64,000 nt of DNA, taken from positions 159,579 to 223,578 of the forward strand of contig JBBTCT010000012.1 in assembly GCA_038060895.1 (NCBI GenBank). Direction: 5' to 3'. This DNA is from Planctomycetota bacterium. GTDB lineage: Bacteria; Planctomycetota; MHYJ01; WSZJ01. A program made the position numbers and the translations under genes. The notes under the pieces are model-generated. The model was not told where the DNA came from, did not search any database, and saw only the letters and a list, made by a program, of their open reading frames with translations. Numbering within the stretch: position 1 is the first letter of the stretch; each line of letters starts with the position of its first letter. Below are positions 60,708-64,000 of the stretch, piece by piece.

Positions 60708-63080
60708 ATGCAGCGTGATGCCGCCGAAGTCCTCCTCAGGGATTGCTTCGGCCACAGGGACCGCGAGGCCCTTCTCGTCGTCGCCGAGCCGGAAAGCGCC
60801 CCTCTCGCCGAGCGGCTCGCCGGCGCAGCGCGCGACCGCGGCTTTCCCGCCGCGCTCCTGGTCATCCCGACGCCCCCCGAGGGCGCCGAGCCCCCGGAAT
60901 TCGTCGCCGAAGCCCTTCGCGCCGCCAATATCGCCCTCCTCCTCACCGCCCGCCCGCTTTCCGGCACCAGGGCGTTCCGGCCCCTTCGGGAGGCCGGCCT
61001 GCGCGGTGCGGAAATCGCCGGTTTCTCGCCTGAGGAGTTCATGCGCCTGCTCAACGGGCCCAGCGCGGACATCAGCTCGTCCGCGACTTCCCTGTCGGGC
61101 GCCGTGGAGCCTGGCAGCCGCGTCCGCGTCCGCGGCGCCGGAGGGACAGACCTCGAATTCGTCGCGGGCTCCGAGCGCGAAATCCGCGACGGCGTCATCC
61201 GCGATCCCGGCGAGTTCGGCGTTCTCCCCGCGGGCTTCGTCCGCTTCAGCATCGAACCCGGAACCCTCAAGGGCGACCTGCGCGTGGACGCGTGGCCCCC
61301 CCAGTCCGGTGACGCAAAGCTGACCCTCTCGTTCAAGGCCGGCGTCCTGGGCTCCGTCTCCCACCCGGAACTCCGCCAGGCCCTGCACGACGGCACCCAG
61401 GTCGATTCCATCGGCTTCGGACTGAACTCCGCGGCACGCCTGGGCCGAAGCGCCGCCGAGTCCCTGCTCGCCGCGGGCGCCGCTTTCCTGCGCGTGTCCA
61501 AACCGGCCAGCCGTGGTGAAGCGCCGATGGACTTCGTCTTCGCTTCCCCATCCATCGAAGTCGCGGGCGTGCCGATCCCCAAGGGCGTCCTCATGCCCCC
61601 CGCGCCGCAGGACTTCATGCCCGAGCCGATCGCGGCCCAGCCCGCCGCAGCGCGTTCGGACATCGGCCCGGAGATCTTCAGGACGATCTTCGAGAACTCG
61701 AACGAGCCCCAGTACGCGGTGGACTTCGAGTCGCAGTCGATCGTGCTCGTGAACGACGCGTGGCTGCGGCTCATGGGGTACTCGCGCTCCCAGATCTCCG
61801 CCGGAAAATTGCGCGTCGACGAGATCATCGCGGAGGAAAGCAAGGACCGGGTCGCCGAAAAACGCGTCCAGCGCAAGAGCATCCCGAGCGAGCGCTACGA
61901 ACTGCGGGTGAAGACGGCGTCGGGAGACAAGAAGCCCGTGGAAGTGTCGGTCCAGCGCGTGAAGATCCAGGGACGCGACATGATCATCGGCACGATGCGC
62001 GACCTGACGACGCAGGAAAAGATGAAGCGGGACCTGACCGAACGCGCGACCGACGCGATGCGCAAGACCCTGGAGATTTACGCGCTCACCGAGAAGATCA
62101 AGAACGTCCCGAAGCTGACGCCCGCCCTGCTTTCCGGCGCCAACGAGGACGAAGTGCTCGCGCGCGCCGCGAAGATTCTCACCCAGAAGCCCGGGCTGTC
62201 CTACGCCACCGCCTCCGTCTACCTCATCGACGGCACCACCCTCGTCCAGCGGTACCCCGTTCCCACCGCCGGCTCCGGCCCGTCCCGCTTCGACATGAGC
62301 AAGGGCCACAGGCTCGCCCGCATCGCGCGAGGCGACGAATCCGAAATCGACGGGTCGTCCAGCTCCATCGCCATTCCGCTTCCCGGCCGCGAAGGCGTCA
62401 TCGGAGTCCTCGACGTGGCGCTGGACGCGAAGGAAACGCAGGTCCTCGTCGGGCAGGGCGGCACCACCGTCCGGGCCGAGTACCAGAACCTGCTCCTCTC
62501 GGTCGCGCAGATCCTCGGGCTCGCGATCGAAAACCTGCGCCTCTACAACGTCGTCAAGGAACAGAGCGAGATCGACCAGCTCACCAGCGTCTACAACCGC
62601 CGCATGTTCGACCGCCGCCTCGCCGAGGAGGTCAAGCGCGCCCGCCGCTACGCCCGCGAACTCGCCCTCCTCATGATCGACCTCGATCACTTCAAGGACG
62701 TCAATGACAGCTACGGCCACCAGGACGGGGACGAAACTCTCCGGCAGGTCGCCCAGTTCCTGCGCGTCCAGTCCCGCAACGTCGACATCGTCAGCCGCTA
62801 CGGCGGCGACGAGTTCTGCCTCCTCCTCCCCGAATGCAGCATCGAGAACGCCCTCCAGAAGGCCGAAGTGCTGCGCAAACGCTTCGTGACCCGCAAATTC
62901 TCCACGGTGGGCCGGGGCTCGAAGACCGTCCGCCTCACGCTCTCCATCGGCGTCGGCGCGCTCGGCGAGGAAATGACGACCGAATACGACCTGGTGAAAG
63001 TCGCCGACAGCGCCCTCTACCGCGCCAAGGGCCTCGGACGAAATCGGGTCTGCGGTCCGGAAGCGCGCGCCGCGCGTTAG
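60708..63080 (+). CDS. Diguanylate cyclase: M29 aminopeptidase-like domain + PAS + GAF-like + GGDEF
   Basis: EPPEFVAEAL, GTDLEF, GEFGVLPAG; PAS VNDAW..LMGYS; DQLT, DLDHFK.VND.YGH, RNVD I-site, GGDEF, ALYRAK..GRN. Confidence 0.9.
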   Translation: MQRDAAEVLLRDCFGHRDREALLVVAEPESAPLAERLAGAARDRGFPAALLVIPTPPEGAEPPEFVAEALRAANIALLLTARPLSGTRAFRPLREAGLRGAEIAGFSPEEFMRLLNGPSADISSSATSLSGAVEPGSRVRVRGAGGTDLEFVAGSEREIRDGVIRDPGEFGVLPAGFVRFSIEPGTLKGDLRVDAWPPQSGDAKLTLSFKAGVLGSVSHPELRQALHDGTQVDSIGFGLNSAARLGRSAAESLLAAGAAFLRVSKPASRGEAPMDFVFASPSIEVAGVPIPKGVLMPPAPQDFMPEPIAAQPAAARSDIGPEIFRTIFENSNEPQYAVDFESQSIVLVNDAWLRLMGYSRSQISAGKLRVDEIIAEESKDRVAEKRVQRKSIPSERYELRVKTASGDKKPVEVSVQRVKIQGRDMIIGTMRDLTTQEKMKRDLTERATDAMRKTLEIYALTEKIKNVPKLTPALLSGANEDEVLARAAKILTQKPGLSYATASVYLIDGTTLVQRYPVPTAGSGPSRFDMSKGHRLARIARGDESEIDGSSSSIAIPLPGREGVIGVLDVALDAKETQVLVGQGGTTVRAEYQNLLLSVAQILGLAIENLRLYNVVKEQSEIDQLTSVYNRRMFDRRLAEEVKRARRYARELALLMIDLDHFKDVNDSYGHQDGDETLRQVAQFLRVQSRNVDIVSRYGGDEFCLLLPECSIENALQKAEVLRKRFVTRKFSTVGRGSKTVRLTLSIGVGALGEEMTTEYDLVKVADSALYRAKGLGRNRVCGPEARAAR

Positions 63081-63089
63081 AATCCGGCC

Positions 63090-63941
63090 ATGCGAACCGC
63101 CGCGATCTTCATCCTCGCCGCCCTTTCTGCAGCCGCCGACACGCGCATCGAGCGCACGACGACCTGGGAATCCTCGCGACCGGGCCTGCGCGCCGAGCGC
63201 ACGAACCGCCGCGAAATCCTCTGGATCGGCGAAGGCCGCGTCCGTTGCGACGACCGCGTGAGCCGCGAATCCTGGATCGTCCGCGCCGACAAAAAAGTCA
63301 TCTGGCGCATCGACCACGCCCTCCGGACCTGGTCCGAGGTCACGTTCGAGGAAGCGATAAAAGCGCGGGAGTCGGCGGTTGCCGACCTCAAGGCGGCGCT
63401 GGCGCGCGTGGCCGGAAGCGGCGACGAGGTGGAATTGAGGCGCTTCATGGAGTGCCTCGCCCCCTCCGCAGGCGCGTGCGAAGTCAAGGAAACCGGCGAT
63501 GGCGGGACGGTCGCAGGAAAAACCACGAGAGCGTTGCTGCTGGAGCCGAAGGGAGGGCCTGGAGTGAAGGGTCGCCTGGCTTCGGAGGCCGCGGGCCTGG
63601 ACCGGTTGGCGAAAGCGCTGGGTGAGGCCGGGCTGCTCGCGCCGGGAGTCGCGGCGGCGCTGGAGAAGTCCAAAGGAATGCTGCTGTCCGGGTCGTGGAC
63701 GCTCGTGTTCCCCGACGCGATCGTGCGCGAATCGTTCGAGGCGACGAAGGTGGAGGAAGCCGCGGCGCCGGAGGGCGCGTACGACCTCCCTGCCGGCTAC
63801 CGGAAGGTCGCCGCCCGCCCGATGGGCCGCGCGCCGCGTGCCGAGGCTGCGCCGCCCGGCGGTTACGCCGGCGATGCGCCTGGGAGCGAGCCGGAACCGG
63901 GGGAAGGACCGACGGGCGAAGAGGCGGGGAAGGAACAGTAA
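63090..63941 (+). CDS. Secreted hypothetical protein (DUF4412-like)
   Basis: Signal peptide, WIVRADK..IWRIDH, TVAG, YDLPAGY. Confidence 0.6.
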   Translation: MRTAAIFILAALSAAADTRIERTTTWESSRPGLRAERTNRREILWIGEGRVRCDDRVSRESWIVRADKKVIWRIDHALRTWSEVTFEEAIKARESAVADLKAALARVAGSGDEVELRRFMECLAPSAGACEVKETGDGGTVAGKTTRALLLEPKGGPGVKGRLASEAAGLDRLAKALGEAGLLAPGVAAALEKSKGMLLSGSWTLVFPDAIVRESFEATKVEEAAAPEGAYDLPAGYRKVAARPMGRAPRAEAAPPGGYAGDAPGSEPEPGEGPTGEEAGKEQ

Positions 63942-64000
63942 GGCGGGCGGGCAGGCGGGCAGGCGGGCAGGCGGGCAGGCGGGCAGGCGGGCAGGCGGGC
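63941..64000 (+). repeat. Tandem octamer repeat (AGGCGGGC)n
   Basis: Six perfect copies 63953-64000 plus one at 63941; runs off the window. Confidence 0.9.

Overview
GC-rich bacterial chromosomal segment, very likely Planctomycetota (PVC small basic protein, groEL-groES-groEL-dnaJ-grpE cluster, WD40/HEAT and PEGA/FG-GAP kinase proteins). Housekeeping genes include chaperones, pyrE, gltA, Skp, topoisomerase VI A/B and a SNF2 helicase. Highlights: (1) two exported thioredoxin-fold genes are split by the ORF track at in-frame UGA codons; one has a SelN-like CU motif, the other WUGYC, and both have SECIS-like hairpins with the loop GU at +26/+27, so they are probable selenoproteins. (2) A type II secretion/pseudopilus operon (gspD-E-F-G'-G-H-I-J) is headed by an ECF sigma factor and a FecR-type anti-sigma split into two coupled genes just after its GT motif. 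It is accompanied by a secretin-N0-only lipoprotein and a GspG copy lacking the prepilin motif, suggesting secretin-linked cell-surface signalling. (3) Two sigma54-type promoters, one in front of the chaperone operon and one apparently driving an orphan ~175-nt RNA. (4) Unusual fusions: ceramidase plus C45, a double RlaP-like nucleotidyltransferase, and a dead aminopeptidase-PAS-GAF-GGDEF protein. (5) Several long intergenic palindromes. No rRNA, tRNA, CRISPR array or transposase was recognised. All family calls are by-eye motif recognition, not database searches.
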